From assembly GCA_964370545.1 (NCBI GenBank), contig CAYJJQ010000001.1:25605-89604 (forward strand): 64,000 nt of DNA. The letters run 5' to 3'. The notes beneath the pieces were generated by a model. That model was not told the DNA's origin. It saw only the letters and a program-made list of their open reading frames with translations, and ran no database searches. Every line of letters begins with the position of its first letter. Within the stretch, counting starts at the first letter, position 1. The position numbers and the translations under genes are program-made. Of this stretch, positions 30,534-40,489 are shown in pieces. The DNA is from an uncultured Muribaculaceae bacterium. Its GTDB lineage: Bacteria > Bacillota_I > Bacilli_A > RF39 > UBA660.

Positions 30534-31216
30534 AAAAAGCTATAGCAAGTTTAATAATAATAGGATCGTTAATATTTACTTTTTATTCAGAAATAACACA
30601 TGCATACAATACATATTTTGAAGATGACACACTTTATTCATCAGAAGAAGTGATTGAGTATGATGGAGAACTTTATGAATCGGTTAATAATAATGTGCCC
30701 AATTTTACTGATGAAGACAGAAGAAAAACAGTATTTGAAAGTTATAGTGAATTAGACAGCTTAGGAAGAGCAGGTGTAGCTTTTGCTAGAATAGATAAAT
30801 CATTAATGCCTACTGAAGATAGAGGAAGTATTGGGAGTGTTAAGCCTAGTGGTTGGCATACCGTAAAATATGATATTGTATCAGGTAATTATTTATATAA
30901 TAGATCTCATTTAATTGGTTTCCAATTAACAGGAGAAAATGCGAATGAAAATAATTTAATAACAGGAACTAGATATTTTAATGTAGAAGGTATGCTGATA
31001 TTTGAAAATATGGTTGCTGATTACATAAAAGAAACAAATAACTCTGTATTATATAGAGTAACTCCTATATATGAAGGAAATAATCTCGTAGCAAGTGGAG
31101 TTACTATAGAAGCAGAATCAGTAGAAGATGATGGAATATTATTTAATGTATATGTACATAATATTCAACCGGGAATAGTTATAAACTATAGTGATGGAAC
31201 TAGTTATTTAGAATAG
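30530..31216 (+). CDS. secreted EndA-like DNA/RNA non-specific endonuclease-family protein (DNA-entry nuclease-like)
   Basis: Signal peptide. SIGSVKPSGWHTVKYD...YNRSHLIGFQLTG aligns with the EndA-type ...SGWH...DRGHLI.Y.LGG core. DRGH is replaced by NRSH, with the His retained. Confidence 0.45.
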   Translation: MKKAIASLIIIGSLIFTFYSEITHAYNTYFEDDTLYSSEEVIEYDGELYESVNNNVPNFTDEDRRKTVFESYSELDSLGRAGVAFARIDKSLMPTEDRGSIGSVKPSGWHTVKYDIVSGNYLYNRSHLIGFQLTGENANENNLITGTRYFNVEGMLIFENMVADYIKETNNSVLYRVTPIYEGNNLVASGVTIEAESVEDDGILFNVYVHNIQPGIVINYSDGTSYLE

Positions 31217-31242
31217 AAAAAAAGAAGAATAATTCTTCTTTT

Positions 31243-31500
31243 TTAAATGCTATTAAGTTCATCACATAGTTTTTTACATTCTTTATCTATTTTAGTAGCT
31301 TCTGCTTCTTCTAATACATACCATTTATTTTCATAAGCATAATCAAATAAATCTTTTTGCATATCACTAGTTTCTTTAAACATAGTTATATATTTTTTAT
31401 GTAACTCATCATTACTAGCTTCATTTAACATAGTTGCTTGATTAACAACTAATGCTTTCATAGAAGCAAGTATATCAAATAAATAATACTTATCTTCCAT
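31243..31500 (-). CDS. Coat F-domain spore coat protein
   Basis: MEDKYYLFDILASMKALVVNQATMLNEASNDELHKKYITMF... matches the Coat_F pattern (DLL..EK....Y..A..E..NP.LR). Confidence 0.5.
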   Translation of the reverse strand: MEDKYYLFDILASMKALVVNQATMLNEASNDELHKKYITMFKETSDMQKDLFDYAYENKWYVLEEAEATKIDKECKKLCDELNSI

Positions 31501-31708
31501 TTTTTTGTTCTCCTTTTAAAATATTTGCTAGTGTATTAGCGTGTTTAACATTCATATCATAAACTTCATTTAATTTAGAACATAATTTTTCATCATTAGT
31601 ACTATTCATATAAAATTGTAATTTCTTAATTAAAATTAAATTCCAATTAAATGCATCTGATATATAAGATAAATCTTTAGGTGTAATTGTAGATAATTTT
31701 TTATTCAT
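31490..31708 (-). CDS. small hypothetical protein co-transcribed with the Coat F gene (possible coat partner)
   Basis: 72 aa; overlaps the downstream Coat F gene by 11 nt. Confidence 0.3.
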   Translation of the reverse strand: MNKKLSTITPKDLSYISDAFNWNLILIKKLQFYMNSTNDEKLCSKLNEVYDMNVKHANTLANILKGEQKNGR

Positions 31709-31755
31709 AATAATTTCCTTTCAAATATATTATGAACTATAAAATAAATTATATA

Positions 31756-32553
31756 CTATTTAACTTTAAGTAAATATAACGAAACAGAGGGAGTATTATT
31801 AAATCTTATAGGTAAACTTTCTACTCCTAATCCGTTAGATACGTAAATGTTTTCGTAGTTGCCAAAAGTATATTTTTTAGCATTTTCTTTTGTAAATATA
31901 GGACTCATTAAATAAGGTTTTATTAACCCTCCTAAAGAGTGTCCGGCAAAATATATACTAGTATTATTATTTATATTATCAATTAAATCAGGTTCGTGAA
32001 TGAGCGTAATATTCATAGCAGGTTTAATATCTTCTTCTATAGCGTATGAATTAGTTATATCAGTTGTAGTAGTAAGACCAGTAATAGAAATTGGTGTTAT
32101 ATCTTTATAAAATAACAACTGTGTTTTATTATCAAGTAATATAAAATCGCCTTCATCCATAATAAATTTATAATTATCAATATTCTTAAGATCGTTATCT
32201 CCGTAAATAGAATATTTATATAAATTAGCATTAATTCCTTTTAAAAAATTAATTACTACATCTTTATCTTTAACAGAAATTTCATAGTTATCATCTATTA
32301 AATCTCCTGTAAAAAATACTATGTCAGGTTCTAATAAATTAATTTCAGTTTGTATTTTTTCTAAGTTATCCATATTAAAATTAGTATTAATTAGTAAATC
32401 TGAAAAGTGTAATATAGTCAGACCATCAAAAGATTCTGGCATAGAAGTATCTATAGTAAATTTATTAACTTCAAAACCATTTATAGCTATATATCTAGCG
32501 TATAAAAATATTAAAACTAATATTAATATAATTGCAAATAATATTTTTCTCAT
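31756..32553 (-). CDS. calcineurin-like metallophosphoesterase with N-terminal membrane anchor
   Basis: LTILHFSDLL (GDxHG-like D-x-H region), FFTGDLIDD (GDxxD motif), GHSLGG. Confidence 0.55.
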   Translation of the reverse strand: MRKILFAIILILVLIFLYARYIAINGFEVNKFTIDTSMPESFDGLTILHFSDLLINTNFNMDNLEKIQTEINLLEPDIVFFTGDLIDDNYEISVKDKDVVINFLKGINANLYKYSIYGDNDLKNIDNYKFIMDEGDFILLDNKTQLLFYKDITPISITGLTTTTDITNSYAIEEDIKPAMNITLIHEPDLIDNINNNTSIYFAGHSLGGLIKPYLMSPIFTKENAKKYTFGNYENIYVSNGLGVESLPIRFNNTPSVSLYLLKVK

Positions 32554-33176
32554 TAGACAGCTCCCATAGAAAATAATAGTGTTAAAGTAAGTGAGTTATG
32601 AAATATATGCATTATTATAGGTACATAAATATTATTTGTTTTATAGTGAGCATATGCAAATGCGGCACCAAGACCTGCATAAGGAATTATAAAAATAATA
32701 TCATTTCCAATTACATGTAAGTAACCAAATAAAAATGCGCTAATACCAATATATAAATATTTATTACTAAAAGATTTTCTAATACCTAATCTAAAAATTA
32801 ATTCTTCAGTAATAGGTCCAATTATAGCCATAGTAAGTATAGCGGTAAGCCCAAAATCACTAAGAGCCGTTCTATTTAATTCTTCATTTTCAGATATAGT
32901 ATTAAATATAGAATATAAAAAGTTGTTAGTTACTATCACAAAGATATAACCACATAACCAATATAAAAATATATCCTTAAAGTAATCTTTTTTAAAGTTT
33001 TGAAAATCTTTTTTAAAATCTTTTATGAATATAAATATAAATACTAAAGAAGTAATTAAACTAGATAAAAATAAAGTTAATCCCCCATCAAAAAATTCAC
33101 TTAATATTTCATTAGTGATTATTGTTAATATAAAATATAGTATTATATATAAAATAAATTTATAGTATTTTTTCAT
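32553..33176 (-). CDS. CPBP-family (CAAX protease / Abi) intramembrane metalloprotease
   Basis: Motifs ITEELIFRLGI (EExxxR), FLFGYLHV (FxxxH) and IIMHIFHN (HxxxN/D) in a polytopic membrane protein. Confidence 0.6.
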   Translation of the reverse strand: MKKYYKFILYIILYFILTIITNEILSEFFDGGLTLFLSSLITSLVFIFIFIKDFKKDFQNFKKDYFKDIFLYWLCGYIFVIVTNNFLYSIFNTISENEELNRTALSDFGLTAILTMAIIGPITEELIFRLGIRKSFSNKYLYIGISAFLFGYLHVIGNDIIFIIPYAGLGAAFAYAHYKTNNIYVPIIMHIFHNSLTLTLLFSMGAV

Positions 33177-33297
33177 AAAAATAAATTCCTTCTATTACTC
33201 TAAATTAAATATATCATAAAATGGCTAAATCTTCAATTTATAAGTTGAAGTTAGAGTGTAAATATGTTAATATATTATAAGAAGGGTAGAAAATCTT

Positions 33298-34035
33298 ATG
33301 AAGAAAAAAATTATATTATTTATGGCACTTTTATGTATGCCGATTTATGCTAATGCATCCACTTGTTCAACAGAAGAACAACTTACTTTAAGAAATGGAG
33401 CTAGCTTAATTACAGCGGCTTATGAAGAGTCAGAAAGAGAAGTTGATCCATCAACGTATATTCCTCCAGGAAATTTAACTGAAGAGGAAAAAGAAAATTA
33501 TGTTGAGATGGAAACATTTTTTAATATTAATATATTAAACATAACTACTGATTATTATGTTGAAATTACTAATAATCAAAATAATGAAGTTATTTTGGTT
33601 AGAGCAAATGATACAGAAGATGGTAAATATACATTTGAACATAATAATTTAAATACTGTTACAACTTATACCATGTCTGTGTATTCATCTAATGATACTG
33701 GTTGTCCAGATGAAAGATTATCAATTGTAAGAGTTACTACTCCAATGATTAATCCGTTTGCTTCATATGATGTATGTTCTATATATCCTGATGAAAGTGT
33801 TTGTCAAAAATATGTTACTACTCCAGGTTTTGATAGCACAATGTTTTATAACGCTATTAATGGATTAAAAGCTGAAAATGTGGAGAATCCAGAAGATGAT
33901 GACGATGGTGTAATAGCTGAAACAACAGATTTTATTAAAGATTATTATTTATATTTTATTATAGGGGCAGTAATAATTGCTGCAGGGGTTATAGTATTTG
34001 TGATACTAAAAAAGAAAAGAGGTAAGAAAAAATGA
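33298..34035 (+). CDS. secreted surface protein with C-terminal TM anchor; first gene of the Tad-like operon
   Basis: Signal peptide MKKKIILFMALLCMPIYANAS. C-terminal TM plus KKKRGKKK. Overlaps the next gene by 4 nt. Confidence 0.4.
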   Translation: MKKKIILFMALLCMPIYANASTCSTEEQLTLRNGASLITAAYEESEREVDPSTYIPPGNLTEEEKENYVEMETFFNINILNITTDYYVEITNNQNNEVILVRANDTEDGKYTFEHNNLNTVTTYTMSVYSSNDTGCPDERLSIVRVTTPMINPFASYDVCSIYPDESVCQKYVTTPGFDSTMFYNAINGLKAENVENPEDDDDGVIAETTDFIKDYYLYFIIGAVIIAAGVIVFVILKKKRGKKK

Positions 34036-37000
34036 AAAAAATAAGTTATTTAATAGTTTTCGTTTTATCAATTTTTATTTTTAGTAATGTAAATGCAGAG
34101 ACATTTAATGTTACTCATAAAGATTTAAAAGGACCTTCAGGTTTATATTTGGGGGATATGGATGATTCTTCTTATAATAAAACATTTTATATAACTGTAT
34201 ATAATGCTAATTACTTAGGAACGAATTATAGTGCGTTTTGTTTAGATCCGGGATTAAGAACGAATACTACTTACACAACTAGTGTAGATTTATCTAGTTC
34301 TTCTAGAAGAGGTTTAGAAGAGTATGATTATGGCCTTAAAACTATTTTAATTAATGGTTATAATATTAATAATACTACAACTACTAATCCAGTTACTGGA
34401 AGTAATTTAACAGCAGATGAGTTTAAAGTTGCAACAACTATAGCTCTAAGATCTTATGTACTTGCATGGGGAAGCTTTAACTCATCTTCAGTACTTACAG
34501 AGGAAAAATCGGCATATATAAATGAAACAGCATTATGGAATTATAATGCTGCTGAAGATGGAATATTTGATACACAGAGATTTGAATGGATTTCCAATGA
34601 AAAAATAGGACTAAATAGTTCCAAAAATTTTGATGATTATGATTCAAGTATAAACTTCAACTCGAGTAGCGAAGTTGGAGAAGGTGTATTCCAGGTTGCA
34701 AGAGAGCTATACTATGATGGTATGGATGCAGCAACAAAATATGCTACTACATCTCAATTAAGTCCTGATGTTGTAAATACATCAAGAGATGTTACTAATG
34801 ATGATGATTCAATTACTAGAACAATTACTTTAACGCCAACTAACTTTAATGGTAAAACAGGAACCTTAACTTCATTAAGAGTATCTGGTGTTAGTGGTGT
34901 TAGTTATAAAATAAGTAAAAATGGATCAGAATCAACACTTACATCATTTAGTAATGTTACTTTAGATGAAAATACAAAAATAATTATTACATTTACAGTA
35001 ACTCCTCAAACAGGAAAAAATGTTGATTATAATTTAAATTATTCATTTAATCATGAAGATTTAGATTCAGGAAGATTTATTCTTTTAGGAGAAGGTCAAG
35101 CAAACGTACAAAGATTACTTCTTTATGTACCAGGAGATACTAGTAAAGTATTTAATGATGAATTTACTATAGTTGGTGATGTAGCTTGTAAAACTGAAAT
35201 AGATATTCCAGGAGCTTGTTCAAATTATGATGATGAACATTTTACTGGAGAAATAAATGGACCAGAAGATATTAAAAATTGTGTAATAGATGGCCAAGAT
35301 GAAGCTGGTAACTCATACCAAGCTGAAACTTGTGATGATAATATAATACCATCGGATAGTAATGATTACTGTCAAGTTTATTGTACTGAGGATTTTGAAA
35401 TTGAATTTCCTGGTATGAGACCAGTAAATAGTGGTAGATATTTTGATATAGGGGCACAAATTGTTGCTACAAAATCATGTTATACTAGTGAAATAGATCA
35501 TGATCAATTTGATGAAGATATAGAAAATGCTATTAATGCTGTAATTGCAGCATATAATAGATATTCAGAAGCATCTGCAGTTGTAGAAGGGTTAAATTCA
35601 TCATATATTGGAACAAAAAAATATGATGATAAAGTTACATATTTTTCATATGATGCTGGTAGACCCGAGAAAACAAAACAAGAATGTACAGAAAGTATTA
35701 AAGATGGAGAAACTGTTGAAACTTGCAGAACTGTAGTTACTCAAAGTTATATTGCTCCGCATTGTGATAGAGATGGAAGTGGAACACATGATGCTAATGA
35801 ATGTGGCGATAGAATAGTTCCAAGCAAAAGTTATACAACATATTATATTTCTAACGGAGTACTTCAAAGTAGAACAGAGAATACTTCTTCAAAAACTTAT
35901 GATGGAGATGATGGTAATACATATTCAAATGGTATAATGTCATCTTGTAATGATAGGGTATCATCTTGTGATAACGGAAGTATACCATCTAGTGTAACTT
36001 CAGCAGCGAACAGTGAAAAATCATCGGCTAAAACTGCATTAGATAATGCAATAAATGCATATAATGCAATTATTAATGATTATAAATTATGTTCTGATTG
36101 GGATTATAGTTATGATAGCGTTCCTGAGATAACATATTCATATGAATCAAAATACGATAATTTACTTAGTGGTAGTGACAGAAAAATGGACTCTGATAGT
36201 TCAAGATTAGATGTTGATACTTATGAGTGTGATGAGAATTATGAAAATTGTGGAACTTTAGATAAGGAAACAGTATCATATATTACTTGTACAACAAGTG
36301 GTTGTACAACAACTTCTTACCAATTAAACAGAGATGCTGGAATAGTAAAAAAGACTGGTGATAAAACTATAGATTATGAAACACCAGAAATATTTTATCA
36401 ATACTGGCCGTCAGGAGAAGTATTTATAGAAGATGAGGGTTATGTTAATAGTAGTAATACAGGAACCGTAAGTACAGTTGATGGTTTACCAGTTGAAATA
36501 GAGCATAATGCAGGAGCATATGACTTTGTATTTACAATAGACGGACTAGGAGAGTATTATGATGACTGTGGTGAAGATGGAAGAATTATAAATGAATCTG
36601 ATCCAAGTGGAACTGTACTTGAAAAAAATGAAACAGCATTTGAAGGTGAATATGTATGTCAATATTTAGTTAACTGTCCAGAGTGTGAATTTGATGTAAC
36701 TTATATACCTGATCCAGATGAGTGTACTAACTGCTTATTTACAGCAGGATACTTACAAGCTCATTATAGACCTACATCAGTTGGTTCTTTAACTGCTAAT
36801 GATAGAGAAATGGGATGGAACTGGAATAGAAATGATGGAACATTCTTAGGTGAAAAAGCAGGGGATACACTTGATGATATTATTAATAATGGGGATTCAG
36901 TTTATTTAGGAACGCCGTTATTAACAGTTAACTTAACTGCGGATTTAGCAGCAGATATAAGAATGTATAACGATAGAGAAGAAAAAAATGGTGGATATAA

Positions 37001-37235
37001 AAATAATTCACTAAAATGTATTGATTCTGGAAGTTATGAAAACGTAATGTGTTATAGTACATTCTTTGATGATTACTTAGAACATTCAACATATAATACA
37101 TTATTTGTATTTGGTAATGACAGAGATGATATTGGAACATACTTTCAATTATATACAGGCGCTTCTATACCAGGAGGATCTACTGGAATTGGTGGACCAT
37201 CTTGGAAACTTAATGAGGAGGTGGAGTTAGGATGA
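34032..37235 (+). CDS. large (1067 aa) secreted Cys-rich protein, possible adhesin or pilus-associated protein
   Basis: Signal peptide. More than 40 Cys. No recognised catalytic motif. Stop overlaps the next gene by 4 nt, suggesting translational coupling into the Tad-like genes. Confidence 0.4.
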   Translation: MKKISYLIVFVLSIFIFSNVNAETFNVTHKDLKGPSGLYLGDMDDSSYNKTFYITVYNANYLGTNYSAFCLDPGLRTNTTYTTSVDLSSSSRRGLEEYDYGLKTILINGYNINNTTTTNPVTGSNLTADEFKVATTIALRSYVLAWGSFNSSSVLTEEKSAYINETALWNYNAAEDGIFDTQRFEWISNEKIGLNSSKNFDDYDSSINFNSSSEVGEGVFQVARELYYDGMDAATKYATTSQLSPDVVNTSRDVTNDDDSITRTITLTPTNFNGKTGTLTSLRVSGVSGVSYKISKNGSESTLTSFSNVTLDENTKIIITFTVTPQTGKNVDYNLNYSFNHEDLDSGRFILLGEGQANVQRLLLYVPGDTSKVFNDEFTIVGDVACKTEIDIPGACSNYDDEHFTGEINGPEDIKNCVIDGQDEAGNSYQAETCDDNIIPSDSNDYCQVYCTEDFEIEFPGMRPVNSGRYFDIGAQIVATKSCYTSEIDHDQFDEDIENAINAVIAAYNRYSEASAVVEGLNSSYIGTKKYDDKVTYFSYDAGRPEKTKQECTESIKDGETVETCRTVVTQSYIAPHCDRDGSGTHDANECGDRIVPSKSYTTYYISNGVLQSRTENTSSKTYDGDDGNTYSNGIMSSCNDRVSSCDNGSIPSSVTSAANSEKSSAKTALDNAINAYNAIINDYKLCSDWDYSYDSVPEITYSYESKYDNLLSGSDRKMDSDSSRLDVDTYECDENYENCGTLDKETVSYITCTTSGCTTTSYQLNRDAGIVKKTGDKTIDYETPEIFYQYWPSGEVFIEDEGYVNSSNTGTVSTVDGLPVEIEHNAGAYDFVFTIDGLGEYYDDCGEDGRIINESDPSGTVLEKNETAFEGEYVCQYLVNCPECEFDVTYIPDPDECTNCLFTAGYLQAHYRPTSVGSLTANDREMGWNWNRNDGTFLGEKAGDTLDDIINNGDSVYLGTPLLTVNLTADLAADIRMYNDREEKNGGYKNNSLKCIDSGSYENVMCYSTFFDDYLEHSTYNTLFVFGNDRDDIGTYFQLYTGASIPGGSTGIGGPSWKLNEEVELG

Positions 37236-37642
37236 GTAATGCGTATTGGGGATACTGGTTAGTATTACTTGGTGTATTTATTGTAGTTGTATTATTATTA
37301 ATACAAAACGTAACTACAGCTAACGTACAAAATGCTTCACTTATTAAAGAAATATCTGAAGCAGCAATGATTGATTCAGTAGATTATGCATATTATCGTG
37401 ATTACGGTGAAATAAAAATTAATGCTGAAAAATTTGAAGAAACATTTACAAGAAGAATGGCAGAAATAGTTACTGGTGGAACGACTTATAAAATTGAATT
37501 TCATAGAATTTATGAGTCTCCTCCAGCTATTGCATTAGATGTATCTAGTAGATCTAGTACATTTAATATATTTGGTGATGAAACAACTTTTGATTTAACT
37601 GATAGAGTAGAAGCTATTCTTGAAGGAAGTATAAAAGGATAA
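37232..37642 (+). CDS. small single-TM protein (TadE/RcpC-like accessory candidate)
   Basis: RBS GAGGAGG. N-terminal TM WLVLLGVFIVVVLLLI then a ~110-aa soluble domain. Confidence 0.3.
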   Translation: MSNAYWGYWLVLLGVFIVVVLLLIQNVTTANVQNASLIKEISEAAMIDSVDYAYYRDYGEIKINAEKFEETFTRRMAEIVTGGTTYKIEFHRIYESPPAIALDVSSRSSTFNIFGDETTFDLTDRVEAILEGSIKG

Positions 37643-37653
37643 AAGGAGGATAA

Positions 37654-38445
37654 ATGAAAAATTTTACGGGAGGACTAAAAAGGTTTTTATCTAATAAAAA
37701 CACAATAACGATATTAGCTGTTATTGTAGGTATTTTAGTATTATGGTTTGCTTATAATATGCGAGTGCAACAAGCTATTAAACCTCAATTAATTCCATAT
37801 GCCTTAGAAAGAATAGGGGCAACTGAACCTATTACTACTGAGAATATTGGATATATAGAAGTTAATGCTGATATGTTATCAAAAAGTGATATTATTACAA
37901 GTGCTGCTTTATTAGATGGTAAATTTATTACTACAGGAACATCTATACCTAAAGGTGGATTCTTTCATCAATCGCAAGTTGTTGAAGGTGAAACTCTTCC
38001 TAATACAGTGTTTGATCATATTGAAGATGGACATGGTTTATTCTCATTAAGAGTAGATAATGATTCTACTTACGGTAATTCAATTTATCCTGGGGATAGA
38101 ATAGATTTATATGTTAAATATGTAGATGAATTAGGAATAATAGTTTTTGGTAAATTTATAGAAAGTATAGAAGTGTTAGCAGTTAGGGATTCTCGTCAAG
38201 ATGATGTTTTTGATAGTGAAGATCCTTCTAATCCTTCGTTACTGTTATTCTCTTTACCAGAAGATACTAATAACCCAGAAAATAATTTATTTTACTGGTT
38301 AACACAAGCAAGTTTTATTCCTGGATTAGAAATAATACCTGTTCCTAGAAATAAAGCTTATACAGAAGAAGATGCAGCAACTAAAATAACTAGTTATGAA
38401 ATTCAAGCATATATTGAACTTTATACTAGATCTGCACTTCAATAA
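37654..38445 (+). CDS. CpaB/RcpC-like pilus assembly protein candidate (single N-terminal TM + periplasmic domain)
   Basis: RBS AAAGGAGGA. The TM (ITILAVIVGILVLWFAY) followed by a ~230-aa domain fits the CpaB architecture. No motif-level confirmation. Confidence 0.3.
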   Translation: MKNFTGGLKRFLSNKNTITILAVIVGILVLWFAYNMRVQQAIKPQLIPYALERIGATEPITTENIGYIEVNADMLSKSDIITSAALLDGKFITTGTSIPKGGFFHQSQVVEGETLPNTVFDHIEDGHGLFSLRVDNDSTYGNSIYPGDRIDLYVKYVDELGIIVFGKFIESIEVLAVRDSRQDDVFDSEDPSNPSLLLFSLPEDTNNPENNLFYWLTQASFIPGLEIIPVPRNKAYTEEDAATKITSYEIQAYIELYTRSALQ

Positions 38446-38482
38446 AATAAAAGAATAAAAGAATAAAAAAGGTGGTGAACGT

Positions 38483-39571
38483 ATGAATGATGCGATTTTT
38501 TCGCAGTTGGATTTTGGTCCACTAAAAGAATTTCTCGAAGATGAAAATGTCACAGATATTTCATACGGGAACGGTGGTCAAATCCACTTAAAAACACTTG
38601 ATAAAGGTGTATATAGAGTTGAAAGACCAGAAATAAATAATGCTTTATTAGAAAAACTTGCCTTTCAGTGTTCTAATGTAATGGGAACAACATTTAATAT
38701 GGCACATCCATTTCTGGATGCTGAAAGTGCTGAGTTACGTCTTAACTTTGTGCATGAATCTATTTCAACAAATGGGGTTGCATGTACTATACGTAAAACT
38801 CCAGCAAAAATAAGATTAAATAAAGATAAGTTATTAAGTGAAAAATACGTAACTGAAGAGTTGCATGATTTTTTACTTACATGTATTCATGGTCACTGTA
38901 ATGTTATTGTAAGTGGAGAAACTGGTTCAGGAAAAACAGAATTAGTTAAATATCTTGCATCACATACAGGAGAAAATGAAAAAATAATTACAATAGAAGA
39001 TACATTAGAACTTCACTTAGATAAAATATTTCCACATAGAGATATAGTAGCTATGAAAACTAATAATATAGCATCTTATTCAGATGTACTAGTTACATGT
39101 ATGAGACAGAATCCAAGATGGATATTACTATCTGAGGTGCGTTCTGCTGAAGCAGTAACAGCTGTTAGAAACTCAATATCTTCAGGACACAACATCATTT
39201 CAACAATTCACTCGGATAGAGCTAAAAATGTTCCGATGCGTTTATATTCATTACTTGAATCTAATCAAGATATTGATCAGTTCTTAAAATCTATACATAG
39301 ATATGTGCAGCTTGCAATTCATGTTAAAGGATATTTAAGTAAAGAGTTAGGAAGATTTCAAAGGGAAATAGTTGAGATTTGTGAATTTTATGTAACAGAA
39401 GATAATGAAGCTAAATCAAATGTTATTTATAAGAAAAATTTAGATGGTAAGGTAGCAGTGCAAAATCCATCAAAATATTTATATGAGTATTTAGGATCAC
39501 AAGGTGTTACGCTTAAAGAAAATGTATTTGCTGCAGCTAGCAAGCAAGAAGAGTTTATTGAATCATTATAA
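38483..39571 (+). CDS. TadA/CpaF-type secretion ATPase (VirB11/GspE superfamily)
   Basis: Walker A VSGETGSGKTE, Asp box ITIEDTLEL, Walker B DVLVTCMRQNPRWILLSEVR and His box SGHNIISTIHSD. Confidence 0.75.
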   Translation: MNDAIFSQLDFGPLKEFLEDENVTDISYGNGGQIHLKTLDKGVYRVERPEINNALLEKLAFQCSNVMGTTFNMAHPFLDAESAELRLNFVHESISTNGVACTIRKTPAKIRLNKDKLLSEKYVTEELHDFLLTCIHGHCNVIVSGETGSGKTELVKYLASHTGENEKIITIEDTLELHLDKIFPHRDIVAMKTNNIASYSDVLVTCMRQNPRWILLSEVRSAEAVTAVRNSISSGHNIISTIHSDRAKNVPMRLYSLLESNQDIDQFLKSIHRYVQLAIHVKGYLSKELGRFQREIVEICEFYVTEDNEAKSNVIYKKNLDGKVAVQNPSKYLYEYLGSQGVTLKENVFAAASKQEEFIESL

Positions 39572-39586
39572 GAAGGGAGAATATTT

Positions 39587-40489
39587 ATGGCAGGACTAGA
39601 GCTAGTTATTTTACTATTTCTGGGTATTTTTGTATTAATTTATAGAATGAACCCAGGAGAAAATGTATATAAATTTATAGTCAGAAGTGTTGGTGAAGTA
39701 TACGATAAATATGCTCCATATTCATTTAAAATGGTTCGTGAAAAAACTAAAGATTTAGGTCAAGAATATACTGCTAAACAGTATTTAACACAAGTAATAG
39801 TATTTGCTTTAGGAGCTGGCTTAGTTTCATACTTTTATTTTTATAGTATAATTTGGGCTTTAGTATATGCAGTAGGTGCGGTTGCATTTATTCCATACCT
39901 TGCATATCTTAGAACCCAAAGAATTTATAGTGAATATATATTTGAACAAATACAAATATATACTACAAATGTAATAATGGAATTTAATACTACTCAATCT
40001 TTTGTTAAATCACTTGAAGGAGTTAGAGATTCTGGAATACTTGAAGATCCAGTATTAACTGATTTAAATACTATGATAGAAATGTCGTATAAAAATGGAA
40101 CAATAGATGAATCAGTAATATATTTTAATGATAAATATCCATTTTATATGGTTAAAAATATGAATCAATTGTTCCTGCAGATTACTAAAGAGGGAGCTCG
40201 TGATGCAGGTCAATCATTAGAAAATATGTCACTTGATATTGATGCACTTGTTGAAGGTGTTTATAGAGATCAACTTGATAGAAAACAATTCCATGGTAAA
40301 TTTATTAAATTTGGATTAATACTACTATTATTAGTTCTAGTATTTCAAAATATATTAGGAGTAGATAGTTACTTAGAATTATTAGAATCTTGGTATGTGC
40401 CTATTGTACTTCACATGATATTAATACTAAATGCATACTTTCTAATAACAGGAGAGAAATACTATAATGAAGATGTGGGGGTAGAGTAA
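39587..40489 (+). CDS. TadB-like inner-membrane platform protein (T2SS-F-like)
   Basis: 300 aa with 3-4 TM helices and a cytoplasmic domain. Immediately downstream of the ATPase, as in tadABC loci. Confidence 0.45.
   Translation: MAGLELVILLFLGIFVLIYRMNPGENVYKFIVRSVGEVYDKYAPYSFKMVREKTKDLGQEYTAKQYLTQVIVFALGAGLVSYFYFYSIIWALVYAVGAVAFIPYLAYLRTQRIYSEYIFEQIQIYTTNVIMEFNTTQSFVKSLEGVRDSGILEDPVLTDLNTMIEMSYKNGTIDESVIYFNDKYPFYMVKNMNQLFLQITKEGARDAGQSLENMSLDIDALVEGVYRDQLDRKQFHGKFIKFGLILLLLVLVFQNILGVDSYLELLESWYVPIVLHMILILNAYFLITGEKYYNEDVGVE

Noticed and set aside
34230-34440. Possible thioester domain (CxD...TQxAxW) in the 1067-aa secreted protein
   Set aside because: The Cys-Leu-Asp start resembles thioester-domain adhesins, but the essential Gln of the TQxA motif is absent (ATTIAL instead). 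A thioester bond cannot form, so it is kept only as a weak resemblance.
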